NCBI GenBank assembly: GCA_965112635.1
Contig: OZ218778.1
Coordinates: forward strand, 640,001 to 704,000
Source of the DNA: an uncultured bacterium
Lineage (GTDB): Bacteria; Oederibacteriota; Oederibacteriia; Oederibacteriales; Oederibacteriaceae
Direction: 5' to 3'
Length of the DNA stretch: 64,000 nt
Shown here: positions 9,871 to 19,185 of the stretch, piece after piece
Layout of the letters: every line of letters begins with the position of its first letter
How positions within the stretch are numbered: position 1 is the first letter of the stretch
The notes under the pieces: model-generated
Database searches by the model: none
Told to the model about the DNA's origin: nothing
The model's input: only the letters and a program-made list of their open reading frames with translations
Translations under genes and position numbers: made by a program

Positions 9871-11055
9871 TCATTTTACTAAATTTTTTGCTTTTTCTCT
9901 TACTTCCTCCAGCACGCGGCGTAGCGGTACTCCCCGCTGGCTGGCGATTTTTTTGCACTCCTCGTATTCGGGCGTGACGGTCAACACGCGGCTGCGTGTA
10001 CCGCTGACCTTGACCTGCACCATGCCGTAACGGGTTTTGACCTTCTCGAACCGCCGGAAAAGCTTGTAACGGCTGGCCAGATGCGCCCTGATCCCCACGG
10101 TTGTCGTTTCTTGGAAAAGGATCTCCAGCAAATGGTTCTCCCGGCCTTGCGGGGCTAAGACCGTGACCAATACCCCGGGCCGGTTCTTTTTCATCTGCAC
10201 GGCTGCCATGGTCACATCCAAAGCCCCGGCTTGGAAAAGCTTTTCCAGAACATGGTCATAGATCTGGGGAGACAAATCATCGACCTGGGTTTCCAGGACC
10301 AGAACCTGGTCTGTGTCATAACTTCCCCGCCCTGCGCCAGATTCCCCTATGACTACGCGCAGGTAATTGGCCATTCCCTCGAGGATGCGGGTGCCCGCCC
10401 CATAACCCACCCGCTCAGGGCTCATCCCCGGCATGGCCGTAAATTCCTTGGCCAGGGTCTTGACGATCGCCGCGCCGGTCGGGGTGACCAGTTCCCCCCA
10501 GGGCCCGCTCGAATAGACCTGCTTCCCCTTGAGGATCTCCAGGGTGGCCGGTCCGGGGGCCGGAAGGACGCCGACCATGGTCTTCACCACACCGGCACCT
10601 AGATTTAGAGGTGAACAGCAAACCTTGTCCACCCCCAAAAGGTCCAGCCCGATGACCGCGCCGGCTATGTCCACGATGGTATCCACGCTTCCCAGCTCAT
10701 GAAAATGGATGTTCTCCAGGCTCGTCCTGTGGACGCCTGCTTCAGCCCTGGCCAGCGTAGCGAAGATGTCCAATATTTTCTCCTGAATAGAAGGGGCTAA
10801 TCGGCTGGCCTGGATGGTTTTTTTGATCTCGGAATATTTTCTGCCATGGCCATGGTGCGCCTCGGTCCTGACTATGACTTGGGTGCCGCCAATGGTGGCT
10901 CGGGTCACTTTTTGGGCGCTCAGGGAATATCCGCCGACTTTTATCTTTTTAAGTTCGGCTGCGATCTTTTTGAGGTCGGCCCCGGCATCCACCAAGGCGC
11001 CCAGGATCATGTCTCCGCTGATGCCCGCGTAACAGTCAAAATAACAGATCCTCAT
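9871..11055 (-). CDS. larC: Nickel pincer cofactor nickel insertase LarC
   Basis: YFDCYAGISGDMILGAL, His-rich HHGHG, HFHELGSVD, ELVTPTGAA, ETQVDD, MKKNRPG, PEYEEC. Confidence 0.95.
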   Translation of the reverse strand: MRICYFDCYAGISGDMILGALVDAGADLKKIAAELKKIKVGGYSLSAQKVTRATIGGTQVIVRTEAHHGHGRKYSEIKKTIQASRLAPSIQEKILDIFATLARAEAGVHRTSLENIHFHELGSVDTIVDIAGAVIGLDLLGVDKVCCSPLNLGAGVVKTMVGVLPAPGPATLEILKGKQVYSSGPWGELVTPTGAAIVKTLAKEFTAMPGMSPERVGYGAGTRILEGMANYLRVVIGESGAGRGSYDTDQVLVLETQVDDLSPQIYDHVLEKLFQAGALDVTMAAVQMKKNRPGVLVTVLAPQGRENHLLEILFQETTTVGIRAHLASRYKLFRRFEKVKTRYGMVQVKVSGTRSRVLTVTPEYEECKKIASQRGVPLRRVLEEVREKAKNLVK

Positions 11056-11176
11056 TTCGCTCCCCCAAAAAGGCGTTGATACATACCCAGAAAAACCTTT
11101 AACATTCTATTATTTGACAACGGATTTGGAAAGGTCAACTTTCAGGATCCGCTAGCTTCCCAGCCGAAATTGCCTT

Positions 11177-13459
11177 CTAAAAGTTGACGGTGTAGCGGAA
11201 ATTGGTGAGGTAAGTGCTGTAACTCGCATTGGCGACAGCGTTGTCATCATAGAAGGTCGTCCCCAGGGTAAGGATGGCTGAATCTTTTTTACTGAAGATC
11301 TGGCTGTAAGTGGTGTCCACATTCACGCCGATCCTGTTATTGTTCTGAACTCCTGAGTTGTCCTGCGTATCCAGAAAATCCAAACTAAAATTGCTTTTCA
11401 GCCGGTCTGGGACGAACTGGTACCCCACTTTGGTGTTGCCGATATAGGTATCGGTGGTATCGGCGTTTAAAGCCAGGGTGTTGATGCTCATCCCGACTCC
11501 GGCCATAAGGGTCCACGGGTTTTCAAAAGTGGTCGAATCAGAAAGCATCCAGGTAAAGCTGTTATAGTTGTTTAAATTCACGTTATCCTTGTAAATGGTG
11601 GTTGAAAAATTGGCGTCCATATAGGTGGTCTTGCCCCACGGCAGGCTCAGGCTCTGGTCGAGCCCGTAAGTGTCGGACGCATTGTCCACCAGATGCAAAT
11701 AGTTCGTGACGGGCTGGGAATTGCCATTGTCCAGCTGGGACTGCTTGCTGTAGTTAAAACTGGAGGAAACCCCGGCGCCTTCCAAATAGCTGGTACCTAG
11801 ATTATAACTGATGGTATTGGTAGTGCTGAGTTTCTGGCCATTGTTATTGTCCACCCAGGTCTGGCAACGCCCGTTGAACCCAAGTTTGTCATCCAAAACA
11901 GCCGTCCTGCCGTTCAGGGTCCACCCGTTGTAATCCGCCTGCAGGTTGGGATTGCCCATGGCCGCGAACTGGTTGCCCAGATAGGGTAGGCTCACGCCGG
12001 TATCCATGTAATCAAACTCTAAATAATGGACTTTGTAACTGAAGGTGGCATACGCCCTCTGGGCCATGCCCCCGGTTATCCCCAGCACCGTTTGATCGTA
12101 GTTATAAAGGCTCGCGGCCAGCTCGCCGCCGAGGGTCAAATATAAAGGCGAGATCTTAAGCCGGGCGTCCGAAGAAACCACATGGTCGCTGAAAGGCTGG
12201 GCAGACCCCGGGTTGGAAACAGAACCCGCGTCATCATCTATGGAAACATAATTCAACCCGATGAAACTGCCCCATAAACCTGTCTCAAAACGGGAACCGT
12301 ATAGATACTGGGCAAAGGCCGGGGAGGGGCTGGTGGAAAGGTCCACGGCTCTCTGGGTCTGGCCTCCCAGGACGGCCAGTTTGGTGTATAACGAATCCGC
12401 ATCGCCGGATAGCAACGAAATGCTGCCGCCGCGGATCTCCGGAAAGTTGGACAGGGACAGCTCTGAGAAGCTGGCCCCGAAGTCTCCGGCGATCAAACGG
12501 TAATGGCCGTCGCCCGTGGACAGGGTGAACCGGTCCACCATCTGCCGGCTGGGAACATCCTCATTGGTCACATAGGCGGACAGGTTGATGTCCTGATTGC
12601 CGCTCCGCCCTGAGAAATTAAGGCCCGTCCGGTTGGTAAACCCGGCGATCTGGGCGATGTACTGGGTGCTGGACGGCTGCGTGCCCACCCCCACATATTG
12701 TATTTCATCAAAAAAATTACCGCTGAAATAACCTGTCTCTTTGGAGGGAGGGATCACTTGCTCAGCCTCCATCTTGGCTCCCGTGGAAAAATGGAAAGCG
12801 ACATTGGAGACATTGCCGGCCATATCTTTGGCGGTAATGCTCAAGAGGTGGGGCCCGTCCGCCATATCCTCGGAAGGGGTGTAATTCAACAGGGTTTCCG
12901 CGAGCACGGTGTCTTTGGACATATCCTTGCCGTCCAGGACCAACTGGATACCCTGGGGGTCGAGGCTGCTGATATCGTCTTCCAGAGTGAGGGCCAGGAC
13001 CGGCCTTTTCTCCGAAACAGAGGAATCCGGATCAGGATACAACAGGGCGATCTTGGGCCACTGGTTGCCCGCGACGATAGGCGCGCTGAAGGGGGCTTGG
13101 TCGGGACTCTTGGCCGGCAGCGTGGCGACGGTTCCATCCAATCCTTTGACCTCGAAATAATAGTCCAAGCTCCCGGTAACGATTTGAGGCAAAGGGACGA
13201 TGGCCGCGTATTGGCCGGCGCTCAAGCTCATGGAAACCACCCGATAGATCGGCTGGTCCGAGGTCTTCCAGTGCAGCAGGACCGAACCGGCTTGCTGGAC
13301 CGGAGTGATCCCAAGGTAAAACTGCAGGGATTGTCCCGGGCTGACCTGAGGGAATACTTCATGCTCCAGGTTGAATACGGTCGCAGCCATAGCCTGGCTG
13401 GCCAACAGCACCAGGGACAACAATAGGATTGTTAGGCGAACTTTGAACCTATAAGCCAT
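11177..13459 (-). CDS. Putative outer-membrane beta-barrel protein with N-terminal Ig-like domains
   Basis: Signal peptide ending AMA; Ig-like segments (LDYYFEV, DGPHLLSITAKDMAGN); amphipathic strands; C-terminal YTVNF beta-signal. Confidence 0.7.
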   Translation of the reverse strand: MAYRFKVRLTILLLSLVLLASQAMAATVFNLEHEVFPQVSPGQSLQFYLGITPVQQAGSVLLHWKTSDQPIYRVVSMSLSAGQYAAIVPLPQIVTGSLDYYFEVKGLDGTVATLPAKSPDQAPFSAPIVAGNQWPKIALLYPDPDSSVSEKRPVLALTLEDDISSLDPQGIQLVLDGKDMSKDTVLAETLLNYTPSEDMADGPHLLSITAKDMAGNVSNVAFHFSTGAKMEAEQVIPPSKETGYFSGNFFDEIQYVGVGTQPSSTQYIAQIAGFTNRTGLNFSGRSGNQDINLSAYVTNEDVPSRQMVDRFTLSTGDGHYRLIAGDFGASFSELSLSNFPEIRGGSISLLSGDADSLYTKLAVLGGQTQRAVDLSTSPSPAFAQYLYGSRFETGLWGSFIGLNYVSIDDDAGSVSNPGSAQPFSDHVVSSDARLKISPLYLTLGGELAASLYNYDQTVLGITGGMAQRAYATFSYKVHYLEFDYMDTGVSLPYLGNQFAAMGNPNLQADYNGWTLNGRTAVLDDKLGFNGRCQTWVDNNNGQKLSTTNTISYNLGTSYLEGAGVSSSFNYSKQSQLDNGNSQPVTNYLHLVDNASDTYGLDQSLSLPWGKTTYMDANFSTTIYKDNVNLNNYNSFTWMLSDSTTFENPWTLMAGVGMSINTLALNADTTDTYIGNTKVGYQFVPDRLKSNFSLDFLDTQDNSGVQNNNRIGVNVDTTYSQIFSKKDSAILTLGTTFYDDNAVANASYSTYLTNFRYTVNF

Positions 13460-13492
13460 TCTGACTTCTGTTTCTCCTCCAGTCGCTCTTGA

Positions 13493-14233
13493 TTATTTTT
13501 GATAATCCAGGATCAAAGTCTTGCTCTGGCCTGAAGCGTCCTTGACATTCACCTGCAACTTCTTGGTAGGCACAGCGGTGGGCACCGGCGTGGGTGTCGG
13601 GTTGGGCACGGGGATCTTGCCCAGGTTCACGATGACCGGCGTGGAAGGAGGCTGGTTCTGCCCAGACCGGCTTTGTTTGGAAGCATCCACCAAAGCGCTC
13701 CCCAGTTTGTTCTTGAACTCCACCAGTCCCTCGAACACCGTCAAGATGGCGTCTCCGTTCTTATCCACACTCATCATAAAGGTAGTGCCCTTGATGGCGG
13801 CTACCCCGTTGGCGCTTTGCACTTCCAGGGGTTCCGTCCTCTTGGTGACTTTCATCCACAGGTCCCCGATGGCCAACGCGATGGCCGTGAGGATCTTGGG
13901 TGCGGGTTTCCCTTTTTCCGGCGCTGGTATAGAGAACTCCGCTTCTTCGCCGACGCTGGAACGGCTGCCGTCTTTATAAACGACGATGACCCCGGCGCCG
14001 GTATCGGTCTTGAGAGAGTCCCCAAAGAACACGATTTCACCCGTCTTGGCCAGGCTGTATTTGTCTGTAGCGATATGCTTGATCAGGACATTGCCTTTGA
14101 TAAGAGTGATGGTTCCGACCGGGACCTTTTTGGGGTTGGCCGCGTTCAGGCCAACAGCGCAAAATACAAACAACAAAAAGCAGGTCAGCACGGCCAGCTT
14201 CAAACCAGTTATGAGTCTAATGTTTTTCATCAT
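13493..14233 (-). CDS. Exported FecR-domain protein
   Basis: Signal peptide; GDSLKT, DGS, GDLW.KV, VQSANGVAAIKGTTF, VFEGLVE; PT-rich linker. Confidence 0.85.
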   Translation of the reverse strand: MMKNIRLITGLKLAVLTCFLLFVFCAVGLNAANPKKVPVGTITLIKGNVLIKHIATDKYSLAKTGEIVFFGDSLKTDTGAGVIVVYKDGSRSSVGEEAEFSIPAPEKGKPAPKILTAIALAIGDLWMKVTKRTEPLEVQSANGVAAIKGTTFMMSVDKNGDAILTVFEGLVEFKNKLGSALVDASKQSRSGQNQPPSTPVIVNLGKIPVPNPTPTPVPTAVPTKKLQVNVKDASGQSKTLILDYQK

Positions 14234-14244
14234 GGCCTCTCCTT

Positions 14245-15378
14245 TTACTTACTGAGGTCCTGGACCGACTGGACCGTAAGGGTCTTGTCGTTCAGGCCTT
14301 TGACCAGGTCTTTGATCTGGCCGGGGGTTGGGGTTGCCCCGTCCAGGGTCAATCCAATCAGATTGAATCCCCGCACAGCGGCGAATGCCTTGGGGTCAGC
14401 GGTGTTCAAGGCGCTGGCCAGGTCCGTCAGTCCGGCGCTGCCGCCTGGTGCCGTGGCCGCGCTGTTGATCGTGAACTGTCCTATCTGGCTCTTTCCGCTG
14501 TTACCGCCCACAGCCGCCCCTCCGGCGCTGAAGGATTGTACCTGCCAGTAATAGGTCGTACCCGGTTGTAAAACACGGTTGCCCGGGCTGTAAAAATAAT
14601 TGGTCATGCTCAGCTGGCCGCTCTGGAACACCGGATTGGATAAGGAGCTGTCCTCGCCGATGGTCAGGATATAGTAGCTTGCGCCTCCGGCTCCGGGCTT
14701 GCCTGCCGGCGACCAAGCAAAAGTAGGCAAGGGGTTGACCACAGCGCCGTTGGCCGGGCTGATCAGATTGGCCGCGCTCGTTGCCGCTGACTGGGGAGCG
14801 AACAAAAGTAATTTAAATGGCGCCGAAATACAGTTGCCATTGGCGTCCGTGACGCAAATATAAAAGGGCATGGCTTGGATGGTCGCGATGGCATTCTGGA
14901 TCGTGCCTTGGTTAACACCGCCGCCATTGCCGTACTGATTGTTATATTTATTTTTTTCACTATTGACCCAGTCCTGGCTAAAGCCTCCGGTGATTTGCAC
15001 GTTCCGGCTTATGCTGTTCAAGTTCAGGGTGGATGCTCCGGCCGACAAAGGGCCATTGGTTTGGAATCCCCTCGCCCAAGCTACTGGATTGGTCGAGCCT
15101 CCGGCACTGTAATCATAAAAATTGAATCCAAAAACAAAAGGCCCTGTTTGCGGACCAGTGGCATTGACCTGCATGGTAATGACATTGGGGTTTATAAAGG
15201 CGTTATTGAGATTGGTGTTGGAACTGGTGCTGGAGTTGACCTGGTTGTACATATCCATCAGGATGGAGGTCGAGATATTGAAGCTCTGCACCGTGACCCC
15301 GGCGTAACCGGCTAAAGGTGCCAGCAAGATTAAAGCCAGGACCAGCCCCGCTCCTTTCATCTTATTTAGGGTAATCAT
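14245..15378 (-). CDS. Secreted Asn/Gly-rich protein with an Fn3/Ig-like domain
   Basis: Signal peptide ending GYA; LISPANGA...PTFAW...YYILTI...LQPGTTYYWQV pattern; GGAGG RBS. Confidence 0.75.
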   Translation of the reverse strand: MITLNKMKGAGLVLALILLAPLAGYAGVTVQSFNISTSILMDMYNQVNSSTSSNTNLNNAFINPNVITMQVNATGPQTGPFVFGFNFYDYSAGGSTNPVAWARGFQTNGPLSAGASTLNLNSISRNVQITGGFSQDWVNSEKNKYNNQYGNGGGVNQGTIQNAIATIQAMPFYICVTDANGNCISAPFKLLLFAPQSAATSAANLISPANGAVVNPLPTFAWSPAGKPGAGGASYYILTIGEDSSLSNPVFQSGQLSMTNYFYSPGNRVLQPGTTYYWQVQSFSAGGAAVGGNSGKSQIGQFTINSAATAPGGSAGLTDLASALNTADPKAFAAVRGFNLIGLTLDGATPTPGQIKDLVKGLNDKTLTVQSVQDLSK

Positions 15379-15392
15379 AATAAAACCTCCTT

Positions 15393-15941
15393 TTAGAATT
15401 TATTTCTCCAGCTTAGGACAAGCATGGATTGTCTATCCACAGGCACGAGGTTTAAGGACACTTTGGCGCGTTGTTCTTTATTCCATTCGGAACAAGCCAT
15501 CGGCGCTCCCAGCCAGTCGTACATCCAGCTCGTGGTAAAAAGCAGGACGCTTCCCAGACCTAGGGTTAACGCGCCGTTGAGGTTGGTGGTATTCTGCGTG
15601 GGATTGTCGGATAAGCCGTTGGCCGCCCCATAGCCCAGCACATAGGCCTGATAACCCATGTAAAGGGCTCCGCCTTCCATGAGCATCAGGCAGGTCCCCT
15701 CGATGTTCCGGCCGGCATAAAAATGACCAAGCCCGTGAATGACCAGACCTGGAACAAAACCTAAAAAACCGGCTAACGCAGGGGACTTTTCGTCAAATTT
15801 ACCTCCCGCATTGGGGTTTGGGGTTGGGGTTGCAGTGGCTCCACTCTTATCCTGGTCAGCAGCCAGAAAAAGGGGCGCGGAAAGAACGCAAACCATACAA
15901 AGTAAAATGAGCGTAAAAACAATGATTTTGTTTGGAAACAT
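15393..15941 (-). CDS. Hypothetical envelope protein with a TM2-like KSP..A..L...PG.GHFY motif
   Basis: Signal peptide; KSPALAGFLGFVPGLVIHGLGHFYAG; hydrophobic helices; C-terminal Phe; TGnTATAAT promoter near 15975. Confidence 0.7.
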   Translation of the reverse strand: MFPNKIIVFTLILLCMVCVLSAPLFLAADQDKSGATATPTPNPNAGGKFDEKSPALAGFLGFVPGLVIHGLGHFYAGRNIEGTCLMLMEGGALYMGYQAYVLGYGAANGLSDNPTQNTTNLNGALTLGLGSVLLFTTSWMYDWLGAPMACSEWNKEQRAKVSLNLVPVDRQSMLVLSWRNKF

Positions 15942-16090
15942 GACCTTTCCTACGGTAAAAAATTTCGCTGTAAAAATTATACCACCCTTAAATCCTTGAA
16001 AATACATTTTTCTGGCCAAATCTTGTTGGCCTACCTTCATATTAGACCATTGAAATTTCATAAAGTTCCATGATTCTAAACACAAAACCA

Positions 16091-16846
16091 CTAGTCGGCT
16101 TTATTGATCAGCGACGCCATATAACCGGCGCCAAAGCCGTTATCCACATTGACCACGCTGACATTGGGGCTGCAGCTATTGATCATGGTTAGGAGAGCGG
16201 AAAGCCCTTTGAAATTAGCCCCATAACCGATACTGGTCGGCACAGCGATGATCGGCCGGCTCACCAGCCCTGCCACCACGGAAGGTAAAGCGCCTTCCAT
16301 GCCGGCTATCACGACTAAAACCCTGGCAGAATAAAGCTTGTGGTTTTGGGCCAGCAACCGGTGCAATCCAGCCACGCCCACGTCATAGAGCCTCTCTACC
16401 TGGTTGCCCATGACCTCTGCCGTGACCGCCGCCTCCTCCGCCACCGGGATATCAGCAGTGCCTGCGCAGACCACCAGGATTTTTCCCTGCCCCTGTAAAG
16501 GTTTGGGCCGGCCGATCAATATAAGTCTGGCTTCTTTATAGTAAGTAACCTTTTTTAGGCTCTTCATAGATTTTAGGGCCCTATAAACCTTGTCGTCTGC
16601 CCTGGTAGCCAGAAGTGTGGGGCTTTTTAGCGCTAGTTTTTTTAGGATTAATTTAATTCGCTCGATAGTTTTGCCCTGACATAGCACCACCTCAGGAAAT
16701 CCCTGCCGCAGGTCCCGGTGGTGGTCCACTTTGGCGAACCCCAGGTCTTCATAGGGCAGGTCCTTGAGTCTCAGGAGCGCGGAATCCACCGACCTTTTCT
16801 TGCTCCGCACCTCGTTTAATAGTTTTTGCAGACTTTTTTTGTCCAT
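16091..16846 (-). CDS. larB: Nickel pincer cofactor biosynthesis carboxylase LarB
   Basis: FAKVDHHRDLRQGFPEVV, AGTADIPVAEEA, DVGVAGLHRL, AGMEGALPSV, VPTSIGYG, VVNVDNGFGAG. Confidence 0.96.
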   Translation of the reverse strand: MDKKSLQKLLNEVRSKKRSVDSALLRLKDLPYEDLGFAKVDHHRDLRQGFPEVVLCQGKTIERIKLILKKLALKSPTLLATRADDKVYRALKSMKSLKKVTYYKEARLILIGRPKPLQGQGKILVVCAGTADIPVAEEAAVTAEVMGNQVERLYDVGVAGLHRLLAQNHKLYSARVLVVIAGMEGALPSVVAGLVSRPIIAVPTSIGYGANFKGLSALLTMINSCSPNVSVVNVDNGFGAGYMASLINKAD

Positions 16847-16865
16847 GATTAAATCCTTTACGGGA

Positions 16866-19124
16866 TTACTTGCCTATGACCTCACTGTAATCCATTTTGA
16901 CGATCTCTTTATGGGTATTACCGGTCACCAGCAGTTTGACCAGGCAGCAATTCTTATAACGCGTAAGAGGCACGGTAATGATGGAGCCGTTGAAAGTAAA
17001 AGCCGCTTTTGGGGGCTTTTTATCCCCCGGAACCATGACCTCCACCCGGCCGACATCACAACCCCGCTTGACCCTGAAATAGGCCGTAGGCGTTTCGCTG
17101 TAGTGGATGGTATCCGCCTCATTGATGCCTTCACTGCGTATCCCCGCGGCATAACCATCTTTGATGGTGAACAGCTTGCCGATCATGTTATGAGTCAGCC
17201 GCATGGGGTCTGGCTCAAAACAAAACACCCGTCCCCGCAGTTGGTCCAGCATCGGGACATAGTCATGGTAGAGTTTGAGGTATTCCTTTTTGACCCTGGG
17301 GGTCCCGCCGTCATAATCCCCCGGGATATTGGGAAATCCGCCCAGCACCACCAGCCTGCGCAAAGTTTCCTCATATTTTCTGGAAGAGAACATCACGAAC
17401 GGCTTGGCCAGGGCGGCGTAAAATAGCTTTTCCTCGTTGTCATTCCCCTCGCCCTCCAAAAGCTGGCAGTCGTTATACTGCAGGGTCCGTATGGAAGAAC
17501 CCACGTTGCTGAAGTTGTCCTTGCCCAGGCTGACCATCAAATCTTTGATGGTTTTGGCCACACCGTCATAGGCCAGGTTGATGCTGTAGGCCGGTTTGTT
17601 GTGGATGACCGTGAGGCCGTCGTCGTGGCCGTAATCAATATTGGTGTGGTAATAAGCGTCGTAAAAGAAACCGTCGATTTCCGGATATTCTTTGAGGATC
17701 TTTTTGGCGTTATCCACGATATGCGGCCCGAACGAATATTTTAAGTCCGGGTTCATCAGGATGGTCAAAGGCCAGCCTTTAAAAGGCTCCCCATTCTCCT
17801 TTTTCGCGATGGCATCGCTATAATTCTCGTTGGCCCAGGGGATAAACCCGTCGGAAAAGTTGATGTAGTAGTAGGAATGGATCCCCGCCTTGATCATCTT
17901 GCTCAGCACCTCGTGGGTTTTGGCTCTGGTGGACCACAGCACCTCACCGTCAAAGGTGCCGCACTCTTTGACCAGGTCGGCCTCCGAGAGGGTCTGGTAT
18001 TTCTTCCACACGTCCCTAGGGTCCATCTTGTCGTCGCTCTTGTGGAAGATCCTTTCCAGGGGAAGGACGCGGCGGAACCCGTCCTGGTCCGGGAAATATT
18101 CGCCGTACCACGGGAAGTTCGCGTGGAACTCGAAATAGCGCAGGCCCAGAGCCTTGTCGTCTTTGAGATGGTCGGCGGTTTCCAGGGTCCCACAAACATA
18201 AACCCCCACCTTTTGGGATACCTCGGGGGTCTTGGGGTCAAAAAATTCCCGGTAGTGCTGGTAGACCAATCCCAGGCCCGGGCGCCAGTCGCCTTCGTGG
18301 AAAAATACCCGGCAGCCGGTCTTGAGAGGCCGGGTTTTGATAAGACCCACATTGAAATAATTGAGGGACAGGACCGGAAAATCATCCGGCGCCGGGACAT
18401 ACCCGTTGCTGGCTAGTTTGTCCCCCGAGCCGTACCGGAAGGCGGCCCAGGCGATCCTGTCCTCAAAAGGCACGACCATGGTATATCCCACGTCAGCCCC
18501 CGGATTGAACATGGAGAGCACCGGCACCACGATGATGGTATGGCCGCCGCGGGCGTTGTCCCCGTAGGAGTACACAAAGGGCATGTCCGAGTCAAAATCA
18601 AACTCTCCCTGGTAGGCCGGCACCCACACCTTGCCGTAGAGGACCGGCAAAAAAAACTCGACCTGCAGGCCGCGGTCGTCCGCGGACCCGTCCCGCTTAT
18701 CGGTCTGGGCCTCCCAGTGCAGGGAGTCCTCTTCCAAAGTCAGGGTTTCCCGGATCTTGAAATCGGCTCCCTCGAACTGTTTGGAAAAAGAAACCTGCTG
18801 TCCCTGGACCTGAAAATCCTGGACCGTGGATTTCTGCTGTTTGTCGCTGAAAGACTGCTTGGTCAGTTCGTCATACACCCTGACCCCGCCCACGGACCCC
18901 TGGGAGGACCAGCGCCTCGGTTGGCACAGGTCGAAATCTTTGCCTTTCCACACGACCGACCGTATGCATCCCGTGTTCTTATCGATGCCGAGGGAGACCG
19001 CTTTATTTTCCAGAGTGATCAGGGTCTCCTTGTTTTCGCCGCCAACGGTCTGGGCAAAGGCTCCGCGAGGGGCCATGAGGCAGACCGCAAGAATGACCCA
19101 GGCTATAACAGAGGATCTTTTCAT
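16866..19124 (-). CDS. Secreted hypothetical protein, probable glycoside-hydrolase-like TIM barrel
   Basis: Signal peptide ending AFA; N-terminal beta-sandwich (LENKAVSL); aromatic-rich core with YPEIDGFFYD. Confidence 0.6.
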   Translation of the reverse strand: MKRSSVIAWVILAVCLMAPRGAFAQTVGGENKETLITLENKAVSLGIDKNTGCIRSVVWKGKDFDLCQPRRWSSQGSVGGVRVYDELTKQSFSDKQQKSTVQDFQVQGQQVSFSKQFEGADFKIRETLTLEEDSLHWEAQTDKRDGSADDRGLQVEFFLPVLYGKVWVPAYQGEFDFDSDMPFVYSYGDNARGGHTIIVVPVLSMFNPGADVGYTMVVPFEDRIAWAAFRYGSGDKLASNGYVPAPDDFPVLSLNYFNVGLIKTRPLKTGCRVFFHEGDWRPGLGLVYQHYREFFDPKTPEVSQKVGVYVCGTLETADHLKDDKALGLRYFEFHANFPWYGEYFPDQDGFRRVLPLERIFHKSDDKMDPRDVWKKYQTLSEADLVKECGTFDGEVLWSTRAKTHEVLSKMIKAGIHSYYYINFSDGFIPWANENYSDAIAKKENGEPFKGWPLTILMNPDLKYSFGPHIVDNAKKILKEYPEIDGFFYDAYYHTNIDYGHDDGLTVIHNKPAYSINLAYDGVAKTIKDLMVSLGKDNFSNVGSSIRTLQYNDCQLLEGEGNDNEEKLFYAALAKPFVMFSSRKYEETLRRLVVLGGFPNIPGDYDGGTPRVKKEYLKLYHDYVPMLDQLRGRVFCFEPDPMRLTHNMIGKLFTIKDGYAAGIRSEGINEADTIHYSETPTAYFRVKRGCDVGRVEVMVPGDKKPPKAAFTFNGSIITVPLTRYKNCCLVKLLVTGNTHKEIVKMDYSEVIGK

Positions 19125-19185
19125 AAGGCAGGGGTTCCTTCCTTGAAAGGATTGATTGGGCCGCTATGAGACCAGGGGCAGGGCC

